NCBI GenBank assembly: GCA_902462205.1
Contig: CABQAR010000003.1
Location: 9,982 to 73,981, forward strand
Source of the DNA: an uncultured Dialister sp.
GTDB lineage: Bacteria; Bacillota; Negativicutes; Veillonellales; Dialisteraceae
Reading direction: 5' to 3'
DNA length: 64,000 bases
The notes under the pieces were generated by a model, which did not search any database, was not told the origin of the DNA, and saw nothing but the letters and a program-made list of their open reading frames with translations. Below are positions 48,411-58,523 of the stretch, piece by piece. Position 1 is the first letter of the stretch. Every line of letters begins with the position of its first letter. Position numbers and translations under genes: made by a program.

Positions 48411-48946
48411 GAAGGAAAGGATTCCTGCTGATGGAAATATTGCTGGCATTGCTCATCCTGTCGTCTTTGGCAGCAGTGGTATTTCCTTTCATGGCACAGG
48501 CGCTTCATGCAACCGATTTCCTGACAAACCGCAGCCGTTCCGCCGGGCAGGCTTTATTCGCCGCCGATTTCATGATGGAAAAAATCAGGAACAATCTGAA
48601 ACGGGCGGAAGCTCCGGCGGAAAGCAATGTGTACCCTTACGATGCATACGTCTGGGTGAAAAAAGGAAGCAAGCGTGTGAAAGAACAGGTGACATATCGT
48701 TTTTTCGTTGAGTCAGAGAAATTGAAATTGCGTCTCCATAATGGGCTGTCTGAACCGGTGACGGGAGAAACTTTGGGAGATACGGAATTCATCGCATTTG
48801 AGCCGGATAAGCAGGGGACAGTGTTTAAAACGTATCCGCACGGACTGGTGCAGATCCGGTATTCTTTATGGAATCGCAGGACACGCCATGGATACGGTGT
48901 GGAAACAGCCATACTTCCTTACAGCGATTTTTACGGAGAGCCATGA
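48407..48946 (+). CDS. Minor pilin (ComGF/PilW-like)
   Basis: RKG|FLLMEILLALL. Confidence 0.8.
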   Translation: MRRKGFLLMEILLALLILSSLAAVVFPFMAQALHATDFLTNRSRSAGQALFAADFMMEKIRNNLKRAEAPAESNVYPYDAYVWVKKGSKRVKEQVTYRFFVESEKLKLRLHNGLSEPVTGETLGDTEFIAFEPDKQGTVFKTYPHGLVQIRYSLWNRRTRHGYGVETAILPYSDFYGEP

Positions 48947-49369
48947 ATGAAAAGGCGGCAGGGATTTTTGACGATGGCGATGCTGCTCCTTCTGGCGGCC
49001 CTTGTCACGGTTTTATCGGGATTGCTTTTGTACATGGCGCGGAGCGTGGGCGGAAGCATCGCTTATGGGAACGGCCTCCGCGCCGTATATGCGGCGGAAA
49101 GCGGAGCGAACTGGGCGCTTCATTCTTTGAGGAGCGGCGAAATAAAAAGCAGGAAAACAGTATTTTCCATGGCAGGCACGGAGACAAGGATCCAGATTCT
49201 CAACGTCATTCCGTCCGGGGGCGGATGGAAAGGGGATATCCTGTCCAGGGGCGTGGAGGTGGAAACGAAAACGAAACGGTTTGTGAGGATTTCTTTTTCT
49301 GTGGAAGAGGGAAATCCAAGGAAAATCAGGGTGGAGAAGGTAATGAGCACGGAGTATGACAATGAATAG
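48947..49369 (+). CDS. Minor pilin (ComGG/PilX-like)
   Basis: RQG|FLTMAMLL (no Glu5); 'AVYAAESG' PilX-like motif. Confidence 0.8.
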   Translation: MKRRQGFLTMAMLLLLAALVTVLSGLLLYMARSVGGSIAYGNGLRAVYAAESGANWALHSLRSGEIKSRKTVFSMAGTETRIQILNVIPSGGGWKGDILSRGVEVETKTKRFVRISFSVEEGNPRKIRVEKVMSTEYDNE

Positions 49370-50825
49370 CAGGGGAATGATTCATCGATGGGAAGAAATA
49401 AGGAACCGGTTCTTTTCCCCGCGGAAAAAGACGGTCGCCATGGTTTCCGCAGGACGTATGTTCATGGCAGACGTGCAGGAGGGGAAGTACATCAGAAGGT
49501 CAGTTTTTCCTCTGCGGGACCTTTCCGGACAGGTCATTGCAGAAGCGTTCTTTCAGGCCGCCGAAGAAGGATTTACGGACAGGGACATTCTTCTCATCCA
49601 CACATTTCCTGATTTACGCGTCACCTGCAAGTCTTTTCCCTCGATGACGGAGGAAGAACTGGAAGAAACAATGTACTGGGAGCAGGACCGCATCTTCGGT
49701 ACGCAGACAGATCTGCAGATCGCATGGACCCCGATTGAAAAAGGCTTTGACGGCTGGAAGGTATCTTTGGCGGGCAGCTTCCGGGATACGCTGGCACTGT
49801 GGACATCGGCAGCGGAAACAGCAGGGAAGAGGATCATTCGATGCATTCCCGTGACAGAAGGCGTTTTCAGGGAAGAACCGTCTTTTTATCTGTACGGCCG
49901 GAAAAATTCCGCTTTGCTTGTTTTCCGTGACGGGACGGCATGGGAATCGAGGGTGCTGAAGCCGAAAGATGCGCTGGAAAAGATGAAAATATTTACAGCC
50001 CATATCACAGAAAACCATGAAGTAGCAACTGGAAATGTATGCTTTGTACCATTAAGCGATTGCCATGACGATCAAATTGTCTTTTGGACAGAATTGATAG
50101 AGGCATGGAAAAATAGTATGAAGAATCCTTCCATTTCAGAAGAAACGCAGGAAGAAATTGGGGTGGAGGAATTTTCATCAGAGGAAACAGAAATAGGTAT
50201 AGAAGAGGACGCACCAGACATACGGGAGGAAACGAAATGTTTTCTGACTGAGCAGGAATTATGGAGCATGGTACTTCCTGTCATGGAAAGCGCGCCTGCC
50301 GCTTCCATGGATTTCATCCGGCGCAGTGAAACCGATGATTGGGTCTTGTCGGAAAATAGATGGCTCAGAATCGGACAGGGAGCGGCTGCCATCCTTTTTG
50401 TCTTTTGTTTCGGCCTTGCCTGCCTGCTTGGTTTCGCAGTGGCAGAAGAAAACAGGACGGAAGCAAAACTGGCGGAATTATATCCCGTGCAGCAGGAAAT
50501 GAAGAAAGAGAGAATGGAGAGGAATCGGGAGGACGCATTCGTTTCACGGCTGAAACGGCTGGAACAGGAAGATTCCGGATGGGAGCAGAAGCTGGTCATG
50601 CTGTCCGAATATATGCCGCAAGGCGCGGTTCTTTCTGAAATCACATCGGAAAACGGGCTCGTCCGCCTGCAGGGAACGGCAGATTCTCCCGCAACGGCCG
50701 CCCGCATGGAAAAGAATCTCAAAAATGCATGGGGCGGGGAAGTCAGGCTGGAACGGAGGAAGCAGGAGCCACACCTGAAAATGGCCACGTTCACACTGGT
50801 ATGGCAGAAAGGAAAAGGGAAATGA
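49356..50825 (+). CDS. PilM-like/PilN fusion assembly protein
   Basis: 'FPSMTEEELEETMYWE' (PilM-like); TM helix, then 'LSEYMPQGAVLSEI....VRLQGTA' (PilN-like). Confidence 0.7.
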   Translation: MTMNSRGMIHRWEEIRNRFFSPRKKTVAMVSAGRMFMADVQEGKYIRRSVFPLRDLSGQVIAEAFFQAAEEGFTDRDILLIHTFPDLRVTCKSFPSMTEEELEETMYWEQDRIFGTQTDLQIAWTPIEKGFDGWKVSLAGSFRDTLALWTSAAETAGKRIIRCIPVTEGVFREEPSFYLYGRKNSALLVFRDGTAWESRVLKPKDALEKMKIFTAHITENHEVATGNVCFVPLSDCHDDQIVFWTELIEAWKNSMKNPSISEETQEEIGVEEFSSEETEIGIEEDAPDIREETKCFLTEQELWSMVLPVMESAPAASMDFIRRSETDDWVLSENRWLRIGQGAAAILFVFCFGLACLLGFAVAEENRTEAKLAELYPVQQEMKKERMERNREDAFVSRLKRLEQEDSGWEQKLVMLSEYMPQGAVLSEITSENGLVRLQGTADSPATAARMEKNLKNAWGGEVRLERRKQEPHLKMATFTLVWQKGKGK

Positions 50826-51379
50826 ACATGTCGGACATGCTCAATAACAGGAAATACACACGCTCTTTTTTTCTGCTGTCCCTGTTGCTGCTGATCATCT
50901 GTTTCTCTCTTGCGCTCCATATTTCTGAAAAACGCAGCCGGATCGGGAGCATGGAGGCGGAAATTGCCATGCGGAAGAAATGGAAACCGGCGGAAGGACA
51001 TGGAAACAGGATGGCGTTTCTTGGAAATCTGTTGCAGACAGAAGCGGAGGAAGAAATTTCCGCTGCTTTTGAAGCGAGCGGATGCATGGTGGAAGAGGTT
51101 GCGGAAACGGCAGGGGAAGAAGCCGATGATTCATTCCGCATATTTCATGTAAAAGGGAAGGGTTCTTTTATACAAATTGTCTCGGCCTTTGATATAATAA
51201 AAGCCAAAGAGAGATGGACGGCGTCGGAGTTGCGCTCATTGAAACGCATGGGCGGCTTGCTCGCGTTTGAAGCGGAAGTCCGGACCGTCCAAAGCCGAGG
51301 TACTTATGAAAAAAAGAAATATAGTCCTCATCGGGCCCATGGGTACGGGCAAGAGCAGAGCAGCGAAAATACTGGCTGA
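50822..51379 (+). CDS. PilO-like membrane protein
   Basis: N-terminal TM helix and coiled coil, 'VKGKGSF.QI..AFD'; follows the pilMN-like gene. Confidence 0.55.
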   Translation: MNMSDMLNNRKYTRSFFLLSLLLLIICFSLALHISEKRSRIGSMEAEIAMRKKWKPAEGHGNRMAFLGNLLQTEAEEEISAAFEASGCMVEEVAETAGEEADDSFRIFHVKGKGSFIQIVSAFDIIKAKERWTASELRSLKRMGGLLAFEAEVRTVQSRGTYEKKKYSPHRAHGYGQEQSSENTG

Positions 51380-51845
51380 CGGATTTGACTGGCAGCTGGC
51401 GGATACAGACCGCATGATGGAACGGGAAACGGGAATGAAGATTGCGGATTATTACCGTGCTGCCGGTGCGGAAGCCTTCGGAGAAAAGGAAATGGCGCTG
51501 ATCAACCGGGTCCGTTACTACCACGAAGCCGTTATCGCCATGGGCGGAAATTATCCGATGACAGAGAAAAAATTCAAGCTGCTGTCCGAATACGGCCTTG
51601 TCATTCTGTTGTTTGCCAAGCCCTACCGATTGGCGGAACGGGTGCGCCGGCGCATAGGGAAACGTCCGACCATGGATTACTCCGACGTCGACGGCTATGT
51701 CAGGCAGATGCTCCGCAAATGGACGAAATGGAAAGACAGAGTCAATTTGGTCATCAATACGACCAATGCACAGCCGGAGCAGACGGCTCTTGCCGTGGCG
51801 AAATATATCGACCGGCATCAGATCGAATTCGTGGGAAGGAAATAG
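51306..51845 (+). CDS. Shikimate kinase-fold protein (AroK-like, substrate residues divergent)
   Basis: 'NIVLIGPMGTGKS', 'DTD', 'RP', 'INTT'; GAGGT RBS. Confidence 0.8.
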   Translation: MKKRNIVLIGPMGTGKSRAAKILADGFDWQLADTDRMMERETGMKIADYYRAAGAEAFGEKEMALINRVRYYHEAVIAMGGNYPMTEKKFKLLSEYGLVILLFAKPYRLAERVRRRIGKRPTMDYSDVDGYVRQMLRKWTKWKDRVNLVINTTNAQPEQTALAVAKYIDRHQIEFVGRK

Positions 51846-51926
51846 CAGCGTCCGCCTGCTGCTTCCTATTTCTTTTCCGTATCGGAAACGGATAGGCTGC
51901 AGCTGTGTTCATTTAATGGAGGGTAT

Positions 51927-52922
51927 ATGAAAAAAATTGCCGTGCTTACCTCCGGCGGTGATGCGCCGGGGATGAACGCCGCCATCCGAAGCGTCGTGCG
52001 GATGGCGATCTCTTTACAATGTGAAATATACGGAATCCACCGCGGGTACGCAGGACTTCTGGAAGGAGATATCTGCCGGCTGTCCAATAGGAACGCAGGC
52101 GGAATCATCCTCCGCGGGGGCACCATGCTGAAAACGGCCCGCTGTCCGGCCTTTTTTGATGAAGATAATCAGGAAAAAGGAGCGGAGATCTTAAGAAAAT
52201 ACGGGATAGAAGGACTGGTGGTCATCGGAGGAGACGGCTCCATACAGGGGGCGGCCGCCCTCTCCCGATTGGGGATACCGACCGTGACCATACCAGGCAC
52301 CATAGATAATGACATGCACGGTACAGACGAAACCATCGGCCATGATACCGCCATAAATGCGGTGGTCAGCGCGGTCAGCCGTATCCGTGACACCGCATCT
52401 GCCCATGACAGGGCAGCCATCATCGAGGTCATGGGGCGCTTTGCAGGAAATATAGCTCTGTCGGCGGGAATTGCCTGTGGCGCGGAATATATCCTGGTGC
52501 CTGAAATTCCGTTCAGCCGTGAAAAACTGGCACGGAGCCTTGTCAACCAGATGAAGGAAGGACGGACGAATAGCATTATCATCTGCGCGGAAGGCGCCGA
52601 TGACGGCAGAGCCCTCGGCGACTGGCTGAAAGAACGGACAAAGATAGATATCTGCACCACGATCTTGGGCTTTATACAAAGAGGAGGAAGGCCAAGCGCC
52701 AGAGACAGCATCTTAGGGTCCCTGCTCGGAGCCGCGGCAGTCAAGGCGCTTCTGGACGGGCAGACCGCCGCCCTGATCGGAATGAATAAAGGCTCGATCC
52801 GCATATTAACCTATGCAGAGGCGGAAAAAGAAGAAAAAGTATTCAAGCTCGGCTTATACAATTTAGCCAACGTGTTAGGAGCCGCACAGGAAAACGGAGA
52901 TATTGCGGAAAGCGGGTTGTAA
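51927..52922 (+). CDS. pfkA: 6-phosphofructokinase family protein
   Basis: 'TSGGDAPGMNAAIR', 'IGGDGS', 'PGTIDND', 'EVMGR'. Confidence 0.92.
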   Translation: MKKIAVLTSGGDAPGMNAAIRSVVRMAISLQCEIYGIHRGYAGLLEGDICRLSNRNAGGIILRGGTMLKTARCPAFFDEDNQEKGAEILRKYGIEGLVVIGGDGSIQGAAALSRLGIPTVTIPGTIDNDMHGTDETIGHDTAINAVVSAVSRIRDTASAHDRAAIIEVMGRFAGNIALSAGIACGAEYILVPEIPFSREKLARSLVNQMKEGRTNSIIICAEGADDGRALGDWLKERTKIDICTTILGFIQRGGRPSARDSILGSLLGAAAVKALLDGQTAALIGMNKGSIRILTYAEAEKEEKVFKLGLYNLANVLGAAQENGDIAESGL

Positions 52923-52969
52923 AAATTAATGAATGAAATTGAATTAGTAAATGAGAAGGGCTGGTTTTC

Positions 52970-54097
52970 ATGGCTGATTTAAAATATGATTACTTGGTTG
53001 TGGGAAGCGGGTTATTCGGAGCTGTCTTTGCCCATGAGGCGCTGAAAGCGGGGAAGAGAGTCCTTGTGATTGATAAAAGGGCGAATATTGCGGGGAATGT
53101 GTATACGGAAGATGTGGAAGGGATTCATGTACATGTTTATGGAGCGCATATTTTCCACACCAATAATGAAAGGGTATGGAAGTATGTCAATGAATTTGCA
53201 ACCTTCAATAGATTTACAAATTCGCCGGTCGCCAATTATCATGGAGAGTTATATTCTTTGCCTTTTAATATGTATACCTTTAATAAAATGTGGGGAGTTG
53301 TGACGCCGGAGGAGGCTGCGACAAAGATTGAGGAACAGAAAAGAGCAGCAGGCATCAGCGAGCCGAAGAATCTGGAAGAACAGGCAATCAGTCTCGTGGG
53401 TACTGATATCTATGAGAAATTGATTAAAGGTTATACGGAAAAGCAGTGGGGGAGACCGTGTACGGAACTTCCTGCATTTATTATCAAACGATTGCCTGTA
53501 CGGCTGACTTTTGATAATAATTATTTTAACGCTCTGTATCAGGGGATTCCTGTTGGCGGGTATACAGGAATGGTGGATAATATACTGAAGGGCATAGAGG
53601 TAGAATTAAATGTCGATTATTTGAAAGAAAAGAAAGAGCTGGATCGGCTGGCAGACAAGGTGATTTATACAGGGCCGATTGATGCGTATTTCGGGTATGG
53701 ATTAGGCCCGCTGGAATATCGCAGTGTGCGGTTCGAAACGAAAGTGTTGGACAAACCGAATTTTCAGGGAAATGCAGCGGTTAATTATACAGACAGGGAA
53801 ACCCCATGGACCAGGATTATAGAGCATAAATGGTTTGAGTTTGGGAAAGATAGCCAGGGAAGGGATTTGCCGAAGACAGTGATCAGCAGGGAATACAGTT
53901 CAGAGTGGAAGTTGGGGTATGAGCCTTACTATCCTGTCAATGATGAAAAGAACGGCGCCTTGTATAAAAAATACAAAGGGATGGCAGCCCAAGAGGGGAA
54001 TGTTATTTTTGGAGGCCGTTTGGGCGAGTATAAATATTATGATATGGATGCAGTTATTGCGAGTGCATTGGGATTAAGCAGAAGGGAATTAAAATAA
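52970..54097 (+). CDS. glf: UDP-galactopyranose mutase
   Basis: 'VGSGLFG', 'YGAHIFHT', 'GYTEKQWG', 'EPYYP', 'GRLGEYKYYDMD'. Confidence 0.96.
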   Translation: MADLKYDYLVVGSGLFGAVFAHEALKAGKRVLVIDKRANIAGNVYTEDVEGIHVHVYGAHIFHTNNERVWKYVNEFATFNRFTNSPVANYHGELYSLPFNMYTFNKMWGVVTPEEAATKIEEQKRAAGISEPKNLEEQAISLVGTDIYEKLIKGYTEKQWGRPCTELPAFIIKRLPVRLTFDNNYFNALYQGIPVGGYTGMVDNILKGIEVELNVDYLKEKKELDRLADKVIYTGPIDAYFGYGLGPLEYRSVRFETKVLDKPNFQGNAAVNYTDRETPWTRIIEHKWFEFGKDSQGRDLPKTVISREYSSEWKLGYEPYYPVNDEKNGALYKKYKGMAAQEGNVIFGGRLGEYKYYDMDAVIASALGLSRRELK

Positions 54098-54222
54098 TGT
54101 AAGGATTGCATTTCTCTGTGCATTTGCAGGGAGTAGAAGCCGATTGCGGGTAATAATAAAAGTTTAGTATAATATAAAATCAGTAAACTATAAAAATTAA
54201 GATATTCTCTTTGGAGATAGAA

Positions 54223-55683
54223 ATGAAAAATAATTCGCATGATGTCCAGCTTGGTGAGAATAACATGGCAGGGACTATTTTTAACCGGAAATTTTTTGCC
54301 GGCGTGGTATTTGCTTTTGGCGATTATATTGCCCTGGTTATTTCCGCATACTTGGCATTAACGCTTAGAAATGCAATTATGACATATAATACTTATCATA
54401 TTTTTTATGCATATATTTTTTTCTGGATTCCTTTGGTGTACATGTCATTTATTTTATACGGTGGATTATATACCAAACGTATGCTCACCTATAAGATTAC
54501 AGAAAAATTATTTTATGCTTCTTTATATGGTACCATTTTCTCCATCATATTAATGTTCAGTACACAAGTTGCCGGAGAGGTCTCAAGGCTGTTTGTAGCA
54601 TTTTTTGCCATGTTTAGTTTTCTTATTCTCTGCCTTGTACGTTTTTTTACCAATAATATTCTCAAAAAATTCCATCTTCTCCAGATTCCCATATTGATTG
54701 TGGGAGCAGGGCTTTCGGGAGAAGCGATTGTTCGTGAAATTCGTAAAGACACAGGAATGGGCTACAGGATTATAGGATTCCTTGAAGACAATGAACCAAA
54801 GACAAAATATGCAGGAAGATATCCTATATTGGGCAAATTTTCAGAATTAGAGAAGATTGTCAAATCTACTGGTGTAGAATCAGTCTTAATAGCGGCTCCG
54901 GGATTAGCGCAGGAGGCTCTTTCCGAATTAATTTATCGTGCGCAGTTTTTAGTGAAAGATGTCGGGGTTATTCCAAATTTAGTGGGGGTTCCTATGTCGA
55001 ATATAGAAGCGGAATCCTTTTTTGATGAAAAAATCATGGTGCTGCATATAAAAAACAATCTGGCAAGGAGATCCAACCAGATTATCAAACGTATTTTTGA
55101 TGTTGTTGCGACTATTGTCGGCGGTATTTGTATTTTGCCCATACTTCTACTTGTGGCGGTATGGGTATATTATGATTCTCCCGGTCCTGTGATTTATAAA
55201 CACCGTAGGGTAGGAAAAGGTGGCAAGGAATTTGATTGTTATAAGTTTCGAAGCATGTGTGTGAACTCGCAGGAGGTTCTTGCACATCTGCTTGCAACAA
55301 ATCCGGATGCGAAAGCAGAGTGGGAGAAAGATTTTAAATTGAAAGATGATCCAAGAATCACAAGGAGTGGAGCCTTTCTGCGTAAAACCAGTCTTGACGA
55401 ACTTCCACAGCTTATTAATGTATTGAAAGGGGAAATGAGCCTTGTAGGGCCAAGACCCATAGTCCAGAAAGAAATCTCCCGGTACGAAGAATTTATTAAG
55501 GAATATTACAGCGTCTTGCCGGGAATCACCGGTATGTGGCAGGTCAGTGGAAGAAGCGATATTGATTATCCGGAACGTGTGCGGATGGATAGCTGGTATG
55601 TGCATAATTGGAGCGTATGGCTTGATATAGTCATGCTTTGGAGAACGGTTAGTGTTGTTTTACAGCATAAGGGGGCCTATTGA
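54223..55683 (+). CDS. wbaP: Undecaprenyl-phosphate sugar-1-P transferase (WbaP-type)
   Basis: N-terminal TM segments; 'KRIFD', 'KFRSM', 'DPRIT', 'SLDELPQL.NVLKGEMSLVGPRP'. Confidence 0.9.
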   Translation: MKNNSHDVQLGENNMAGTIFNRKFFAGVVFAFGDYIALVISAYLALTLRNAIMTYNTYHIFYAYIFFWIPLVYMSFILYGGLYTKRMLTYKITEKLFYASLYGTIFSIILMFSTQVAGEVSRLFVAFFAMFSFLILCLVRFFTNNILKKFHLLQIPILIVGAGLSGEAIVREIRKDTGMGYRIIGFLEDNEPKTKYAGRYPILGKFSELEKIVKSTGVESVLIAAPGLAQEALSELIYRAQFLVKDVGVIPNLVGVPMSNIEAESFFDEKIMVLHIKNNLARRSNQIIKRIFDVVATIVGGICILPILLLVAVWVYYDSPGPVIYKHRRVGKGGKEFDCYKFRSMCVNSQEVLAHLLATNPDAKAEWEKDFKLKDDPRITRSGAFLRKTSLDELPQLINVLKGEMSLVGPRPIVQKEISRYEEFIKEYYSVLPGITGMWQVSGRSDIDYPERVRMDSWYVHNWSVWLDIVMLWRTVSVVLQHKGAY

Positions 55684-55745
55684 GATAGATATGATCATGG
55701 TTGTAATAATTGCTAAAGAAGATATCATATATGGAAGATAGAACA

Positions 55746-56510
55746 ATGAATATAAAAATATTAGTGGCGGCACATAAAAAATATTGGATGCCTGACGATG
55801 ATATATATGTGCCGATTCATGTGGGAGCGGAAGGAAAAGAATCCTTAGGATATGTTCCTGATAATACAGGAGATAATATTTCGTCAAAAAATCCTAATTA
55901 TTGCGAGCTTACAGGCCTTTACTGGGCTTGGAAGAATTTGGATTGCGAATATATAGGGTTATGTCACTATAGAAGATACTTCGGAAAGTCCATCCATGCT
56001 AGTAGGGACATGAAAAAGAAAAAGGATGCTATATTTCATCGACCTGATTATGAGGAACTTCTTCGTAGATATGATGTCATCCTTCCAAAGAAAAGAAATT
56101 ATTACATTGAGACAGTGCGTAGCCAATATGAGCATGCTCATAATAAATCAGATTTAGATGAAGTGGAAAAAATTATACAAGAAAAATATCCTGATTATTT
56201 GAATACCTTTATAAAAGTGATGGATAGAAGGAAGCTTCATATATTGAATATGTTTGTCATGAAGAAACATATATTTGATGAATATTGTACATGGCTTTTT
56301 GATATACTTTTCACTCTTGAAAAAAGAATTGATATTTCCGCTTATGATTCTTATGAAGCACGGATTTTTGGCTTTATGTCTGAACGGCTTTTTAATGTGT
56401 GGATTGAAAGACAGAATCTGAAAAAATATGAAGCAAATGTAGTTTTCCTTGAGAATATTAATTGGATACGAAAAGGGAGTAATTTTCTGAAAAGGAAATT
56501 TATTAAATAA
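55746..56510 (+). CDS. DUF4422 glycosyltransferase (probable galactofuranosyltransferase)
   Basis: 'DNTGDNIS.KNPNYCELTGLYWAWKN', 'GLCHYRRYF', 'ERLFNVW'. Confidence 0.85.
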   Translation: MNIKILVAAHKKYWMPDDDIYVPIHVGAEGKESLGYVPDNTGDNISSKNPNYCELTGLYWAWKNLDCEYIGLCHYRRYFGKSIHASRDMKKKKDAIFHRPDYEELLRRYDVILPKKRNYYIETVRSQYEHAHNKSDLDEVEKIIQEKYPDYLNTFIKVMDRRKLHILNMFVMKKHIFDEYCTWLFDILFTLEKRIDISAYDSYEARIFGFMSERLFNVWIERQNLKKYEANVVFLENINWIRKGSNFLKRKFIK

Positions 56511-56520
56511 GGAGATAAAG

Positions 56521-57597
56521 ATGAAAGTCTTGATTGTAGCATTTCATTCAAGAACAATGACACCATATAGTTTACCTTATGAAACAGCCATAAAGAAAAC
56601 GGGAAATATCTATGATATTATTTTCTTTGATCGGTTTACTAATGGTCAGGTTGAACATAATGAGCATGAGTACATTATCCATCGAGTCTGTCCTTTAGGG
56701 GGGGATAAGCTGAAGAAAATAATACCAATGCTATCTTTTAGAAATAGTGTTATAAAAATAATTAAAAAGGAGAACTATGATAAAATAATCATTTTAAATA
56801 CACTACCAGGAGTTCTTCTGAAAGATATATTATTAAAACAATATAAGGGTAAATATATATTTGACATTAGGGACTATACGTATGAAAAATATTCTTTTTA
56901 CCGTAAGGTTGTGAATAGTTTAGTCGAAAACTCCGCATTTTCAACAATTTCATCTGCGGGATTTCTTTCTTTCTTGAAACAGAATAAAAAAATAATAATT
57001 AATCATAATATCAGCAATGAAGAGTTTGTTAAGCAAAGTCCATCGTTATCATCTGATAAAGTGCCAATTGTATTAGCATTTATCGGAGCACTTCGTTATT
57101 CAGAAATGAACTCCCAATTGGCCAAAATGTTGAGAGATACTAAGTATTTTTTGTCATTCATCGGTATATCTAATATCGAATGGCATGTTGAAGATTATTG
57201 TCAGAGGAATCATATATATAACGTTAGATTTTCGGGCTCATTTGATAATACGAAGAAGCCAGAACTTTATAATGAGGTTGATATTATTAATGCATTATAT
57301 GGTAATAATTCGATAGAAGTTACTTCGGCATTACCTAATAAGCTGTATGATTGTGTTTTATTTAAGAAGCCAATAGTTGTTTCTGCGGGAACGTATTTAG
57401 CTAAAGTTGTTGAAAAATATGGATTGGGAGTGGTTGTTTCAGACTTAAGTAATATAAAGGCCGATTTAGATTATTATGTGCAAAAATTTTCAGCTGAATT
57501 ATTTGTAAAAAATGCCAACAAATTCTTAGCTTTGGTAAAAGAGGATCAAAACGTTTTTTACAAAGCATTGAATACTTTTCTGGGGGGAATTGGTTAG
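56521..57597 (+). CDS. Glycosyltransferase (GT-B-like)
   Basis: 'DIRDY', 'FIGALRY', 'ALPNKLYD...KPI.V'. Confidence 0.75.
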   Translation: MKVLIVAFHSRTMTPYSLPYETAIKKTGNIYDIIFFDRFTNGQVEHNEHEYIIHRVCPLGGDKLKKIIPMLSFRNSVIKIIKKENYDKIIILNTLPGVLLKDILLKQYKGKYIFDIRDYTYEKYSFYRKVVNSLVENSAFSTISSAGFLSFLKQNKKIIINHNISNEEFVKQSPSLSSDKVPIVLAFIGALRYSEMNSQLAKMLRDTKYFLSFIGISNIEWHVEDYCQRNHIYNVRFSGSFDNTKKPELYNEVDIINALYGNNSIEVTSALPNKLYDCVLFKKPIVVSAGTYLAKVVEKYGLGVVVSDLSNIKADLDYYVQKFSAELFVKNANKFLALVKEDQNVFYKALNTFLGGIG

Positions 57598-57700
57598 AAT
57601 CTCGGAACTATTGAAAAGGGGATATGTCTTTATAGAAACCGAGGTGTGTAATAAATGAACTCACGTAGAAGAGTTAAATAGGGGGAAAATAAGAGATAGC

Positions 57701-58495
57701 ATGAAGCAATTAAAGAAAAGAGAAATTCAGGAAAAAGAACTTGATATATTGTTGAAAATAAAAAGATTTTGTAATGATAATGATATATCTTACCGTTTAG
57801 CGGGAGGAACTTTACTAGGTGCAATAAGACATCATGGATTTATTCCGTGGGATGATGATATTGATATATGTATGTCGCGACCTAATTATGATAAGTTTAT
57901 ACATTCTTTTGAAAATGAACGGAATCTAATAGTTTTATCAAATAGATTGGGAAATTGGGATGCACCATTTGCTAAAGTAGTTGATCTTTCTACACATATT
58001 AATTCAGTATATAATAGCGCAGAAAAAAATTTATGGGTTGATATATTTCCTGTTGATGGTTTACCAGAGGATACACATACTGTTCAGCAAATATATAAAG
58101 AATGTGACATATATAGGCGTTTATTTATGATTGCAAATGCAAGATTGGGAGAGGGAAAAAGTAAATTTCATAAATATGTAAAATATTTTATTAAGCCAAT
58201 TGTTAATATATATGGGAAGGATAGAGTTGTCGAAAGAATTGAGAATATTGCAAGATTATATCCTTATGAGGATTCACATTATGTTGGTGCAATTACGTGG
58301 GGGCTTTATGGGATGGGTGAACGTATGCGGAAAGATGATTTTGAGAAAACGGTTGAGGTTGAGTTTGAAGGATACAAATTCTCAGCGTTTTCCTGTTGGG
58401 ATAAATATTTAAAAGGGCTTTATGGTGATTATATGAAATTGCCACCTGCTGAAATGAGGGAAACACATGATATGGAAGTATATCTAATGGAATGA
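57701..58495 (+). CDS. LicD family phosphotransferase
   Basis: 'GGTLLGAIRH.GFIPWDDDIDI', 'VDIFPVD', 'LYGDYM.LPP'. Confidence 0.93.
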   Translation: MKQLKKREIQEKELDILLKIKRFCNDNDISYRLAGGTLLGAIRHHGFIPWDDDIDICMSRPNYDKFIHSFENERNLIVLSNRLGNWDAPFAKVVDLSTHINSVYNSAEKNLWVDIFPVDGLPEDTHTVQQIYKECDIYRRLFMIANARLGEGKSKFHKYVKYFIKPIVNIYGKDRVVERIENIARLYPYEDSHYVGAITWGLYGMGERMRKDDFEKTVEVEFEGYKFSAFSCWDKYLKGLYGDYMKLPPAEMRETHDMEVYLME

Positions 58496-58523
58496 ACGGA
58501 TTAATATTGGGAGGGACGATATT

